A stretch of DNA of 63,143 bases, filler included, from Dugesia japonica (lineage: Eukaryota), in assembly GCA_001938525.1 (NCBI GenBank). It is 6 parts of 6 records of this genome, joined end to end, with 100 filler letters (N's around TTAATTAATTAA, not from the genome) between each part and the next. Parts side by side here need not be neighbours in the genome. Positions count along the whole stretch, not along the records: positions 32,459 to 43,219 come from MQRL01646303.1; positions 43,320 to 53,734 come from MQRL01491881.1; 4 more parts are not named here. One strand, written 5' to 3'. The first letter of the stretch is position 1. Every line of letters begins with the position of its first letter. Below, piece after piece: positions 35,555 through 48,647 of this stretch. The position numbers were made by a program, and so were the translations under genes. Under the pieces are notes generated by a model. That model was not told the origin of the DNA. It saw only the letters and a program-made list of their open reading frames with translations, and searched no databases.

Positions 35555-38400
35555 TTATATAATGGCCATAGGCCACGCTCTTATTTTTTTTAATTCAAAA
35601 GCACTAATGATAACGCTCGTTTTTGGTTTCGATTGTCTCGAATATCTGGTGATTAATTGATCGAAAGCTTGATTGTCAGATACTTTTCGATTTTCCGTTA
35701 TATGAATCCAAATAATTTTGATGTTGATATATCCGTCGGCTTTAAGCTTATACTTTTTGCCTTCAACATTTCGGCATTTGAAATATCCATTCAGCATACT
35801 CTTCTCCTTATCCTTCATCTTTGAATAGTCCGATCTTGTTGGTCACTTCACTTGAGTAGAGTGGGTGATCTCTTACTTGTATCCAGTAGACCATTGATTT
35901 TCATTTCTGATAAAAACTGGTTTTTGTCTACTCCAGTGCATTAAATAAAAAAGCTGTTTGTATCACAGCAATAACATCAATTATACATTCAAATCACTGG
36001 CGACATTTCTCCAACTCTTCATATTGCAGCTGATATTTTCGCAATTTACTTATATCCAATACTACTTGACAGATATAACTTGGTCAATCTAGACATATAT
36101 TGTCTTTATCCAACAAGACTTCTTTCGCACCTTCTGCGATATCAAACGTTTCCTTAAATGTTTTTTACCTGTATATGTCACAAATGTTTTGTCATTATTG
36201 CACAACAAGAGATTCACACGCTTCTGTAAATTTTTCACTGTTTTGCCATAGAACGTATTGTTTAATAATTTATAAAATACTTTTTCAAATCTTTTGCTTG
36301 ATTCTGCTCTTTTTTTTGTATTGGCATTGATATAACTGAAAAAGATTTCAGTTTCTTTAAATTTGACTATTTGATGAACACCAGTTTCATGAGTTGTTTT
36401 ACATATCATTTTAATAATTTCCAATATATAATGTAATGACATTTTGGTTCATGTGTTATTAGCAGTTTTTTAATTTTGATTCTGGTGGACATTTGTGTTC
36501 TGGATCCAATGGAAATTGATCTAGAACATCATGATGTTTGATAGGTATTTCGAGATCAACTTCTAATAAAAATCCAATTTCATCATTGATCTTGTTAACT
36601 GACAAAATATCCTTAAACATTTCTTCTACCATATCTACAATTCAAGGTCTCTAGATAACAAAGGCTTTGTTAAGGCCCAACAATATAGATTATTTACATC
36701 TATATAAAACAAAGACTTAATCTCATCTGCATGTATATAATGACGATAAACAAATGTCATTTCCCCGTGAATTCCTAATTCAAAACAGGATGTCTTCGAC
36801 ATTTCATTTTCTTTCTGTGTAATTTCTGGCTATTTACCAGGTAATTATTTTTAATTTACAAATATTTCGTAAGATGTTGCGAATATATAAGGAAATATTC
36901 CTTTATTCTGATGTGCTCTCAAAACTTCTGTTAATGTTATTGGTCAGCGTTCAATGGTTGCAGTCATTGATGATAATGATCTGCTCAGGAACGGAAATAA
37001 GTCTATGAATCTTATTGTGACACAATCAACCCATTTGTAAAGATTGCAAAGAATCTTTCAGTGGTTTTTGATATTGGTTTCAGCTCCCAATGCTTGAATT
37101 GATTGAGCGCACATTTGATTTTATGATGTTAATCATAATCTTTTAAGTTATAAAACACAACAGTTAACTCCATCCTAATCTTTCGTAATAAGTTGCACTG
37201 ATTGAATACAGGCCCAAAATATTCGCCGAAAATGTGATCATGATCACAAACTAGATTCCCACTTTAATCTTCACACATGTAACATTGCGTACTATTACTA
37301 AATTGATTTTGATCCAATGTTGTGATGACTGTATCTTTATTCATATTTTTCTTGTACCAGAACAAGACTTTATCAAATTCTTTAACAAACGATCGATGCA
37401 TTCCAGACGTTTAATCATTCAACTCTCTCCAGAAAACAAGTAATATTCAACTCTTTTCCTAGTATCCAATAAGGGAATTCCCAATGGCCCAACGGCTATC
37501 GGTAAATGTTTAACTCAACCACTATCTTCAGGTATCAATTTTGCTTCTTTATTTGCGTAAACTTCAAATGCTAGTGTCATTGTTTTGCCATAATCTTTGA
37601 ATCGCAATCCTTTCTCCTCTGGCATTATGTATAGAATTGTTTTTTTCTTGTTATTTTGGTGCATAGAGCTATATGTCGATAGAATATAGTCAGTGTCTTG
37701 AATCCATGCAGATATTTTTGATACCATTTCCTTCTAATTTTACATTTCAGTGTCAGGCTATTTAAATTTTTTAATCGATCATAATTTACTACAGCTACAT
37801 AATGGAATCTATGTTCATTCTCCAAAATCAGCAAATTCATGTGAAGCCTATTAGGGGTTTTGGTCCTGAAAATTATATCTATGTGCGGATTTTTGTAAAA
37901 ATGTTTCTTTATTCGATGTTTCGTCGTTTTTAAATACTGTTATTGGTAGGTTATTTTGCGTCTAAAATTCTGGAATGCTGATGCGCTTCATTGGCATCTT
38001 GTGCTCATCATAATTAATTTAAAAAACTCTCATATTTTGAGGACGCCAACGATGACTTTTGATTAAATTGTACTTGAGCCCCGCCAAGATTCTACAAAGA
38101 AAGCACTTCTTGTCCTTATTATGTACATTCACTATTCCTTTGCTTTGAATTAATGATGCCGGACTTTGAATGTATGACCAGTTCAATATTAAAGGTGAAA
38201 ATATGACTGAAATAAACCTGAGCTCCAATATTCTTTTAATTTTCCATCCACCACTGAGCTTGTGTATGTTGCAATTTCTTCATTTACTTTTTCTGTTACT
38301 TTTATTAGGAATCGCCTATGTATTCCGTTGCTTTATATGACCCGGGTCATTCTTTAATCTCTACATCTTTGCCTTCTTCTATGAATTCCGAATTGCCCCT
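35555..38400 (-). mobile_element. Polinton pPolB pseudogene #3, near full length and heavily decayed
   Basis: SYIQSP..GIVNVHNKDKKCF; HYVAVVNYDRL; FEVYAN; CYMC..DHDH..G..QCNL; KGIFPY; FYIDVNNLYCWAL; YKLLNNTFYGKT; CCDTNS; IGLFKDEG. Confidence 0.9.
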
Positions 38401-40564
38401 TACAATTTTCAAATTTTCCTACTTTTTGATCAACCCGATTTTATAACAATAAATTTTGAATTTAATAAAGACAACATTAAATATCCAATATTTATTAGTA
38501 GATAAATATAGACTTTGAAACTTGAAAACAAAACTATTAAAATATATAAATTAATTCAATAAAGCTTATGTATAACTTAATTATTAACCTCGAATTTATA
38601 TATATAAGGTATTCTTAATTATCATTATTACCATTTAATTGACGCTATGCTGTTCATTAATTATATCGAAATGTTTATTATCATAAAACAGAATCATTTA
38701 AATCCTGTCCATTAATTATGTTGAAATTACAGCGAATATGCTTACGTGGAGAGAAGAAAATCACTGATATACCGTAGTATATGATGTTAAAAAATAAGAA
38801 AAATTATTAGTTGATGTTGATTTGATCATCTTGTAAATGTTTAATATTAAAGAAAGAGAAGTTTTTATATATTAATTAGTTTGTATTAACGAAAATACTT
38901 ATTTTGAAGAAATAGTGTTAAGTGAATGAAATGGAAATGTTGATTTTTGGTTAGGAAGAAGCAATTATATGTTGTTGACTTTATTACTTAGAAATTTTCA
39001 TTGAATGTGCAAAAACTCTCGTGGTGATAGTCCTTCTCGAATTACGTCTATGATTTTAAGGATTGTAAAGTTTATTCTTATAAAATTATAAAAGTATAGA
39101 AGAAGTTCACAGTGAATATGTACTGATTGTTTGAAATAAATAAAAAAAGTTTTGAACAATTACTTCAATTTATTTGAATAATTATTTTATTGATTCACAT
39201 TTTTTTAATTTTCTATTGATTTTATTTCATTATTTAACGATAGTCATTATTATAATTAATAATAACTATTAATAATGATTAAGGTTCTATTAAAATAAGA
39301 TAAGGCTTCGATCAAAACAAAATTTATTTGTAAAAAAGTTCAAATTTTCGACAATAGTCTTNNNNNNNNNNNNNNNNNNNNNNNNNNNNNNNNNNNNNNN
39401 NNNNNNNNNNNNNNNNNNNNNNNNNNNNNNNNNNNNNNNNNNNNNNNNNNNNNNNNNNNNNNNNNNNNNNNNNNNNNNNNNNNNNNNNNNNNNNNNNNNN
39501 NNNNNNNNNNNNNNNNGATAAATATAGCTTTCTTCCTTTTAATTGATTACGATAACAACTATGGTATAAAGTTAACTAATATCATTGATAATGAAAATTA
39601 AGTTTTAGATCACTAAATAGTGTCTATTAATCTTTACAAGCATCTCGTGCTTGTTCAATAATGTCAAGTACCTTATTTTATTATGCCATCCGGATTCACA
39701 ATTTTTGTATAATGATAAAAATGATTATAAATATTAGCTTGAATAAAGAAATGATAATCTCGTCTTATAGACGTTAAAATATGAAATGTACGTGACTTAA
39801 AATCAACCAAAATCTTTTGGATCATTGGTTAGCCGGGAAGTGAGAGTTCCTGAGAACAATAAGGTACGAACTCTTGTCGCCGAATCTCATCTCCTTGCTC
39901 GTGTAGAAACTTAAATTATCTTTAACCTCGAAATTTAAACCGTAACTATCGTGTAAATAAACATTTATAAAATCAAATAATAAGTACTGAAATTAAGTCA
40001 TGAAGAGAAAAGAGCAAGATAATATCTGAAATGTCGAAGGCCAACATTATAATTATTATTTTAAAAAAATCTAAATTAATAAAAGATTTGAATTAAAATG
40101 AATAAACCTTTTTTTAATATTATAAAAATTATTCACAACTAAAATATTTATAATAATATCAATTAAATTATGCAAATTATCACATGGAAAAAAGCAAATT
40201 TTTGTTTTACAACTAAAGCAAAAAAATATTAATGATAATAAAACTGACTATAATAAAAACAAAATTATCTATATTTTTAAAGTTACAATAAAATTTAATG
40301 ATTTATTTAAATAATAAACCTATAAAAATAGTAATTTTAATAACAATAATATATAAGAATTATTTGATCTAATAGTGTGAAGTATTAATATTATATTATT
40401 ATTAATATTATCATCATTATTACAATTATTTATTTTGATAAATTTTTAAAATTTAATCTTTTATAATCAATGAACGATTTTTTAAAATGATATATTGAAA
40501 AAAGGTGACAAATTTTTATAAATATTTAAAAATTAACAAATTAACATCACACATTTATAAGTTC

Positions 40565-41020
40565 AGTGGTAGTCATACATTATTTCCTTGATAATCCACA
40601 AGGAAACTTTAACATGATTAGCATTCATTTGTATAAAACCATTTGAAGCAATTTTGAAACGGTACTTTATTGATTTTGGCATCTTTTCAATTTTCGGCAG
40701 ATTACATACAAATTTTTACTTCATATTTTTAATACTTTTAATATTTACCTGGCAGGTGAAGGTAATTTTGTACTGAATCAAATAAATTTTCATTAAATTC
40801 TAAACCTTTATCTAATTTTTTTATTGTTAGTCTCATTTAATCCAGATCGCATTGCATCATATTCTTTATTGTATAAAAAAGGTTGGGGTTTTTCAATTTC
40901 CACACTGTCTTCAGTATTTACAACAATCGGTTCGTTCAATATATGAAAACAATAAGTATGAATGATGAATTCTTTTGGCTTTTGTTCATTGTTGTTTGAT
41001 AATAATGTAAAATCCATCAT
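40565..41020 (-). pseudogene. Unknown coding-like fragment
   Basis: A 70-aa ORF plus a downstream exon-like frame after a GTAAAT donor near 40748. No family recognised. Confidence 0.25.
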
Positions 41021-41273
41021 AAATAATTAGTAGGTAGTAGTGGAAAACCAGGCTACCCCCGGGGAGAAAACGTTTTCAGGCTGGCGATTTTATTCATGAG
41101 AATTTAGGTGAACATTTTTAAACACATTTTGGAATTTTTAATTTTCCCCAATGCACACACACAAAAGAACTTTTTAAAATTTGCCATGTCTTTAATCATG
41201 ATAGTCATCATTCGAAGCAAAAATTTTACTATGAGTAAAAATATCATAGTTAAAAGTCAAGATTATATATATA

Positions 41274-41806
41274 CAGTCTGTTTCAAAAGTCTGTTCGCAC
41301 CCATGTAAATTCATAAGTCGATACGTATTTTTAATTTTTTTCCATTTGTTTAATTAATATAAATTTGAAAGATTTAGTAAATTATATTTTTAAAAATTTT
41401 ATCAACTTATATTAAATGTATTTAATATTATATGACACATTTTAAATATAATGAATAATCGAAACGTCCTGATGAAGCACAAAATAATAATTGCAGATTT
41501 GATGATGGAAGGGTATAGAACTTGCTCAATAAAGCAAATAATGACGGACAGTCATCAAATTGATGCATTCAAAACATTGTCCACAAATATAAGACCGAGG
41601 TAATGTATGTTGATCGGAAACGCAGTGGAAGACCACCGAAATTTGCAATACGGTCACACAGATTTATTCGACGCGTATGCCTGAAAAATAGAAGCATGTC
41701 GTTAACGGAAATAGCATGTACTTGTAACATGGGTAGCATTCAACAAGTGTCCAGATGCACAGTTCACCGCATTCTCAAAAAGTACGGATTAAAAAGCTAT
41801 TGCTGA
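41274..41806 (+). mobile_element. Tc1-like transposon 5' half
   Basis: TA|CAGTCTGTTTCAAAAGT TIR start; paired-like HTH region DRKRSGRPPK..R..KNR..VSRCTVHRILKKYGL. Confidence 0.85.
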
Positions 41807-41809
41807 AAA

Positions 41810-42065
41810 CAAAACAGTTAGTTTAGAGACAGTAAGACACAATTTAAATGAAGCAGCAAATAAAATGGCAAATTTTGAAAAAAAAAGCGTGGACAGAGAA
41901 TTTTTAAAGTAGGGGAGTGAGTGTTAGTTCGTGTAAAACCACACAACAGAAAGAAGAATAATTTTCAATATGAAGGACTATATCAAATAATGAAATTCAT
42001 ATCAGATCGGCAAGTAGAAATCAAATTTCTTCACGGTTCAAAGTACAAAAGAATAGAATGGCTAG
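41810..42065 (+). mobile_element. Gypsy integrase C-terminal (GPY/F) fragment
   Basis: GE*VLVRVKPH..YEGLYQI..VEIKF..G.K..RIEWL is homologous to 58690-58850. Confidence 0.8.
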
Positions 42066-42344
42066 AATAAAATAAATATTGTTATATTTAAATGAAGTCT
42101 GATTTTGAAAGTAACTTAACTTCAGTTATTTGGTTCTATTGAAGAATCCTCGAGATCAAACTGTGGTTGATTATGTTTCGCCTCAAGCATTTCCTTGACA
42201 TCTGATGTATTTCGTGATGTTACCACAAAAGCACATGAATATCTATTTAATTATTTTACACGACAATATCCTGATGATGAACGAGTTAAAGCCAATATTT
42301 TTAATTCGCGAGGAATAACATCTTACAAATCATTGGTATAAACA

Positions 42345-42660
42345 AAATTAGTAATTATTAAAAACAAGAAATGAATCAAATCTGGTAAAGATATTTTGTT
42401 GGCTTTAACGAGTATGTTCAAAAATGTACAGCCTAGAACTATTGAAAAGGATTTTGGTAAACAATTTTACAATAACGAAGTAAAATCATTATTGAAACAA
42501 TTTGGTATACTGCACTATTCAGTATTTCCTAAGTACAAGGCTGCTCTAACTGAGTGATTTAATCGAACATTATGCACTCCATTAACCAAGTTTTTACCAA
42601 ACATTTTAATAAGAAATGGATACATATTTTACCAAAATTGACTTATGCATAAAGCCATAC
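42345..42660 (+). mobile_element. Maverick/Polinton retroviral-like integrase fragment
   Basis: IKSGKDILLAL..PRTIEKDFGKQFYN..LLKQFGILHYS..KAALTE*FNRTL..KWIHILPKL..Y matches the c-integrase pattern TDxGKEFYN..KAxxxERFNRTL. Confidence 0.85.
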
Positions 42661-42834
42661 TAAAATCAACATAAGACAGGCCACGATCATGTTTAAAACA
42701 ATTATGAAATCTGATAGTAACATGGAATTTGAGTTTAATTCGTTGTTTGATGCTCAATTAGGTGGATTTAAATCACAAAAGAAAGAAAACAAAGTAATGA
42801 ATTCAATGATTGAATCAGATACTTAAATATAGGA

Positions 42835-43219
42835 TAATATTGTCAACACTTGTGTTAAATTAAAATTTACTGAAAACAAAACAGAAAAAACTACTTTGAA
42901 TTTGAAAGTGATTTAATGGTTAACCATCTAGATAATATGGTTACATAATTTCTAATATTAAGCCATAAAATGTTTTTAATAGATTCAAAATTTGAACTGG
43001 TCATGTTTAAATTACGTGATAATGTTGAATATGTATCATTTGATGAGAGTCTTTCGTTAATACTTGGTCTTTCCTCAGCCAAATTCTACAAGTCTACAGA
43101 ACAAGTAAAGGGTTTAGTAACATGGGCTTATTGAATGTAGACCGAAACAATTGCATTACAATGGAAGAATTTAAAGATTCATATACGTTTGCTACCTTTA
43201 TATTAGTTCCGGACTGTGC
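42835..43219 (+). mobile_element. Maverick capsid-gene fragments: penton-like piece, then the major capsid C-terminal region
   Basis: VSFDESLSLILGL is penton-like. 43105-43219 reads GLLNVDRNNCITMEEFKDSYTFATFILVPD, matching the hexon NxIxxxEYxxGYxLxxFDLTPD pattern. Confidence 0.65.
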
Positions 43220-43319
43220 NNNNNNNNNNNNNNNNNNNNNNNNNNNNNNNNNNNNNNNNNNNNTTAATTAATTAANNNNNNNNNNNNNNNNNNNNNNNNN
43301 NNNNNNNNNNNNNNNNNNN
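43220..43319. other. Artificial scaffold-joining linker
   Basis: 44 N + TTAATTAATTAA + 44 N. Confidence 0.97.
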
Positions 43320-43519
43320 TTATTATTTTTATTAATAATTAATAGTTCATCATTCATCCAAAATTTATACATTTTGGAAAAATATTTACTTTTGTCACCA
43401 TAGAGCTCTGCCTACTATCACGTTTTCTTTTTTCCATATATTCAATCTTTTCACTTGTAACAAGATAATTTCTTTGTATTTCTTTGATACGAAATTTATT
43501 AAATTATTTTATCTAATAC

Positions 43520-44040
43520 ATTGATTCTTTTAACCCGAAATCGTTCTCCCTTGGCATCTTGATGTGACGTTTAACATTGTGAACACCAGTATTCTCTTAT
43601 TATTGAACATTCGTCAGCATTTCTATGTGCTGCTCCTTTTCTGAATTCAACATTGAATTTATTTTCTACTAAATTTGTTATCCATGTTTGGAACTGCGAA
43701 CTAATAGGTTTACTCGTCATCGTCATAAATGTCAGAGCTTAATGACCTGTTCTTGTTCTAAATTTCCGTATAAATAATGTTTGAAATACACCATGAACTC
43801 GTGCAACGCAATAATTTTTTCGTGATCATTTAATATTTGTAACTTGGTGTAACTCATTCAATTACCCCAAAACTAGCATCTGTATCTAATATAATTTCAT
43901 GTTTAACATTTGGAAAAGCCAAGATAGGATCAATACATACCTTTATCTTTAACATTTGGAAACTATGCACACATTCGTTTGTCCATTTGATGTTTTTTCT
44001 TGCCCTGAAGTGGCTGCATATAATGGTACTGCAATAAGAG
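43520..44040 (-). mobile_element. Gypsy RT-connection/RNase H remnant
   Basis: WTNECVHSFQMLK..PILAFPN..ILDTDASF; FKHYLY; PISSQFQTWI; FRKGAAHRNAD; CSQC. Related to the 57-kb element. Confidence 0.88.
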
Positions 44041-44899
44041 CATAACATTAAATTGATGACGAAAAATAGAATACTTAATGTTGTAGACTATTTATTCAGC
44101 TATAAAATATTTGAACTCCCAAGTGAGTTCCATAAATATGTCAACTAGATCAAATATTAAGACGAAAAATTTCTATACTGAAAATATTCTTTCTCAAAAG
44201 AATAAATTTACTATGAGAAAAAATGCCATTAAAATTGAAGCTCAGAAATCGTCAAAAGATAATTGATTTTCAATATCAGAAGTCATAATTTTAGATATAT
44301 TTTTATTCACAGTAATCAAAAATAAAATTTTATTAAAACATTATGTAATAGAATTAAATTCTCTAATAGTAATCATTTTAATCAATTTTCATAATTATTT
44401 ATTTCATTATAAAAATAACGTTAGCGATTTCACTACTCTTAAATACATTGTTCTTTTAAAATCGGTCCTTAATAGTTGTAAAATAGCACAATTAAAATAA
44501 TTAATCTTAAATAAATATGGTTTTGTGGTTAGTTTTCTTGTCAACACTAGTTTCAATATAGAAAATCTCTAAATATGTAAATGATTTAGTGCCACGAACC
44601 TTAAAAGTTATAAATAAAAGTCACGAGATATAATGATAATGATTTATATTTCAACTGGTTTGAATAAAAATAAATTAAATTGGAATACGTTACTAGTGAG
44701 AATATAATTTGCCTGAAATGATCCCAATACAAAAAAAACATCATTATTATTGATAGATTTGCCTGTACTACTCTGAACACCTATATATTTATGTAACAAT
44801 CACCCACAAAAGATTATCAATTACTGAACAAAATAAATTCAGTAAAAAAAAATAAATTCAGAGAAATATGAGAACCCAATAAAATCTTTACTTTTAACA

Positions 44900-45830
44900 G
44901 TTAAATGTCATAAACCAGTTCCATCCTTGACGTACTGTGTTCCTAAAGCTCATAATTCAACAATGAAAGGAAGACCTATTATCAATGCTTCTGATACTCC
45001 ACAAACTGCATTACGCAAACTTATGACAGATGGATTAAGATCACTATTCAGTTTTATTTCGGTATATTTGAAAATTAGTTATGAGTTTATTGAACGAATT
45101 GAACATTATGACTGGAAGAGTGATGATAAATTTGGTTCATTGGATGTAAAAAATTGATATAAATCAATTTCCATTGAAGGACCTAACATTTCATCACCAT
45201 TGCAAGTAATTTTATTGAAAAATACGAAGAACGTGCAGATATACTAGAAATCACCAAAAATAATTTCAAATGTCTTATCAATTTGTGTATTCACTGATAG
45301 GATTTTTAACGGTGAACAACTTCTTAAACAAAAAGGTGGTATGGGAATCGGTAATAATTTGTCTCCTATTCTGGCGATAATATTTATGAACTTCAATGAA
45401 AGTCAAGTAACTCTCAAAGCAAAGAAGAAAATATATCTATGGTTTAGATACTTAGACAATATAAAATATATGTATCTTTTATAAAATATTTTTGAATTAG
45501 CCAATAGTATTAATGAAAACATCAAATTCACTTTAGAGAACTCAATCGACTATCAGATTCCCTTTATGTACACATTAATTCCAAATAAACCTTGTGAAAT
45601 ATTACTTACGCAATTATTTATGAAACCATTTCACAGTTGACATGTATTACCCTAGAGTAGTAGTACTAGCATCAGACAGAAAATTGGGATAATCAAGGGT
45701 GAAAGAATTAGAGCTGAGAGACTTTCTTCAAATGAAGAAATGTAATTGACATTTCTCAAGTTGATAAAATATAAATTTTTTAATAATGGTTATCCATTTA
45801 AAATTATATCTAAATATTTATCTTCGAATA
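44900..45830 (+). mobile_element. Penelope-like element RT remnant
   Basis: YCVPKAH..GRPII; SLDVKN*Y; FNG..QKGGMGIGNNLSPILA; WFRYLDN; IKFTLE; IPFM; YMKP; NGYP. Confidence 0.88.
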
Positions 45831-46367
45831 TAAAATTTAGTAAAATCAAACAAAACAGAAACACAATAATTAAATGACCTTTTATTAATGAGAAATAAAT
45901 CTAAATCATGCAAAGTATAATAAAAAATCGAAACTTAAAATCAATGTAATTCTATAGTATTTAATATAATTAAAATAAACTTTAAGAAATTTAATTTAAA
46001 TTAAATTACAATAATCCAATAAAATTTAAATGCAAACAATTTTGTAAAATTGTCTAATATTAGTTAAATCAACCAAAAGGTTAAATTCCTGAAGACAATA
46101 GTAGAAAATTCTGATACATACCAAAAAAGAAATAAAAAGATCTTAATTGAAGATCTTAATTTAATCAAATCTAAAAGGAAAAAAACAAACATGGCCAAAT
46201 ATTTAATTATTCAAATATTAATTTAGAATGTTTTACTTTATTCGAAGTTTGATTGGAAGCTTTTGCTTTATTTATCAAAAATACTATCATCTTTAAAATA
46301 TTATCATCATACTCTTGTAAAAATGATTAAGTTAATTTTTATTCCGGAATTTTAATTTTGAAAATTA

Positions 46368-47578
46368 TTAGGTTGTAAAGAAATAAATAGCGGTTTTTAA
46401 TCTTCAACTTTAAATGTAAAGATCTCAGCTTACAAAACATTTTATTAATTAAAACAATACTCATTAATATTTACACTTTTCTCCAATAAGAATAAAAATC
46501 ATAAGTGTTGGATGCAATGAAATAATTGAAGGCTTTTATGACAACATCTTGATTGTTGAAGGTTTTCCAGTTCTAGAATTTGTTCAAATGCTTAAAAAAT
46601 GGTAATCAGTAAGCGAAAAGTCTAGTAAGTATGCTGAGTGCAGCAGATTTTCATAGTTTAACTGGTTTAATTTTTATAAGGTATATTTTGCTGCACGTGT
46701 CTTCTTTTTGTTGATAAAAGTCGGATAGCTCAGTTTAAGTTTCTGGTTTATTTAATCAATTCGTTCACAATAAGCTTCTGCCGTAATTGTTTCACCAGTA
46801 TTCAAGAAGATGAAATGGATCAGACCAGTAAGAGACCAAGAAATAGTCACCATTATCTTTCGTTGGCGCAGTTTTGGCTTAGAAAAAAGTTTAGGAGCCT
46901 CATTTTGATGTAAGTATTGTTTAGAATGACGACTATTGTCGTAAAGTATCATTTTCTCATCGCATGTCACAATCAGACCAAAGAATGATTCGTTTTTAGT
47001 GTGCAAAGAAGTGCTGACGATTTTTTTGATTACCTGTCAATTCGTGGAATATCTATATGTAGATCTTCCTTGATTTCTCAACTTTTTGCAAACGGTTGAA
47101 AACAGTCATGAATAATACGCCTAGTTTAAAAGCTAGTTCTCAAACAGTTGTACATAGACCAACTTTGACGAGCTCCTTCAATCAATTATTGTCGATTGCA
47201 GGGTTTTGTCTACGGTCTTCTTCCTCTTTAAGACATTTCATCTTCATTTTTAAATTTCCGAAACCAACTGTCAGCAATATATTTGCCTGTAGTCCTTTTG
47301 CCAAATAAACGATTGACATTTCGAGCAATTTGGATAGCTTTATCACCTTTTTTGAACTCATAGTAAAATTATCTTTATTCATTTTTGTTCAAATTTTCTA
47401 TAAATGCCAAGAAAGATTTTCAATAATTAATTTAAATAAAATTTTATTATATTACTTTAATCGAAAAACGCTCTTCGAAATGATGATCAACTTTAGTATA
47501 ACAAAATAAAATGTTATTGAAAATATCATAATAAAAAACAAAATTTCCCAAATCCGACATGGTTTCTTTACAATCTAA
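46368..47578 (-). mobile_element. Near-complete mariner (cecropia-like TIRs) with a decayed transposase
   Basis: TIRs TTAGGTTGTAAAGAAA and TTTCTTTACAATCTAA are flanked by TA. Motifs IVTCDEKMILYDN, KIMVTISWS..GETITAEAYC and DFSLTDYHFF. Confidence 0.93.
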
Positions 47579-47902
47579 TAATTTCCATAATAATTATTTT
47601 GCTTTATGCTTCAATATTAATAGAAAAGAACGAAAAAAATGATTTCTATAACAAAATAACAGAAAATGAAAAAAGTACCAAAACCAAATATTTCTGTTAT
47701 ATCATTCGAACAAATAGTGAAATATATGAAAAACAGTTACGATAGTTATCATAAAAGTAATGACCAAGAATAAAACAATAAAAAATAAATATAACATCTC
47801 AATGTCCCGTTTTAAATCATTTATTCTCTTAGAAAATAAATATTAGATTAAAACAAAAAATAAATTTTTCTGATATATAAAAGTATCGACTAAGAACTTA
47901 AC

Positions 47903-48155
47903 CCATTATTGCTATCACTTCATCATCTTGAATTACTTCCAAAGACCCGGAAACTACAAAGCATAATTGATCAACACTTTCTCCTTGGTGAAAAATCAGA
48001 TCTCCTGGAGCTGTATGCATGGTAGTAAAATTGACAGCTAGGGCTCTCAGACATCCATCACTTGCTAGTCGAAAAGCAGGATGACTGTTAAATACCATTC
48101 GATTTAAATGAACAGATAAATCAGCTTTCATATCTTTTGGGCAGTAATTGAGTAC
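47903..48155 (-). CDS. eag: EAG-family (KCNH1/5-like) K+ channel exon, C-linker/CNBH domain
   Basis: A 253-bp exon between CTCAG and GT reads [77 protein letters not shown]. Confidence 0.95.
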
Positions 48156-48647
48156 CTGAGACGAATTAAAAGAAGTAAAATATATTATTAAAATGTGGCA
48201 TATTAAAATACTAAAATTTTAAATATAAGAAACGTATATATATAATTATACATAATTAATAAAAAATATAAAAGTATATATAAATATTGTAAGGAGTTTG
48301 TGACTTACGTAGAATTTTTAAAGTTGGGTTGTATACTTATTATTAATTCTGTGAGGCTTAAATGTTTATGTAAATATTAAGAGATTCACATGTTCTTTAT
48401 CGTAAAACTATACTTTAGTAGCTTCTTACATTTAAATTAATTTATTTGTTCAGAAATTCTGTAGGTCCCAAGAGAGTTTCCAAAATAAACAAAAGTATCC
48501 GTGTAGGGACACTTAGGATGAATAAGATATACATGTATTAGATAAGATATAAAATAAACTACAGGATCATATAAAACAAAAAATAACAAAATTAACTAAA
48601 CGATATTTTAACAGATTTATTAAAAGATAAAAACTAAATGTAAAAAG

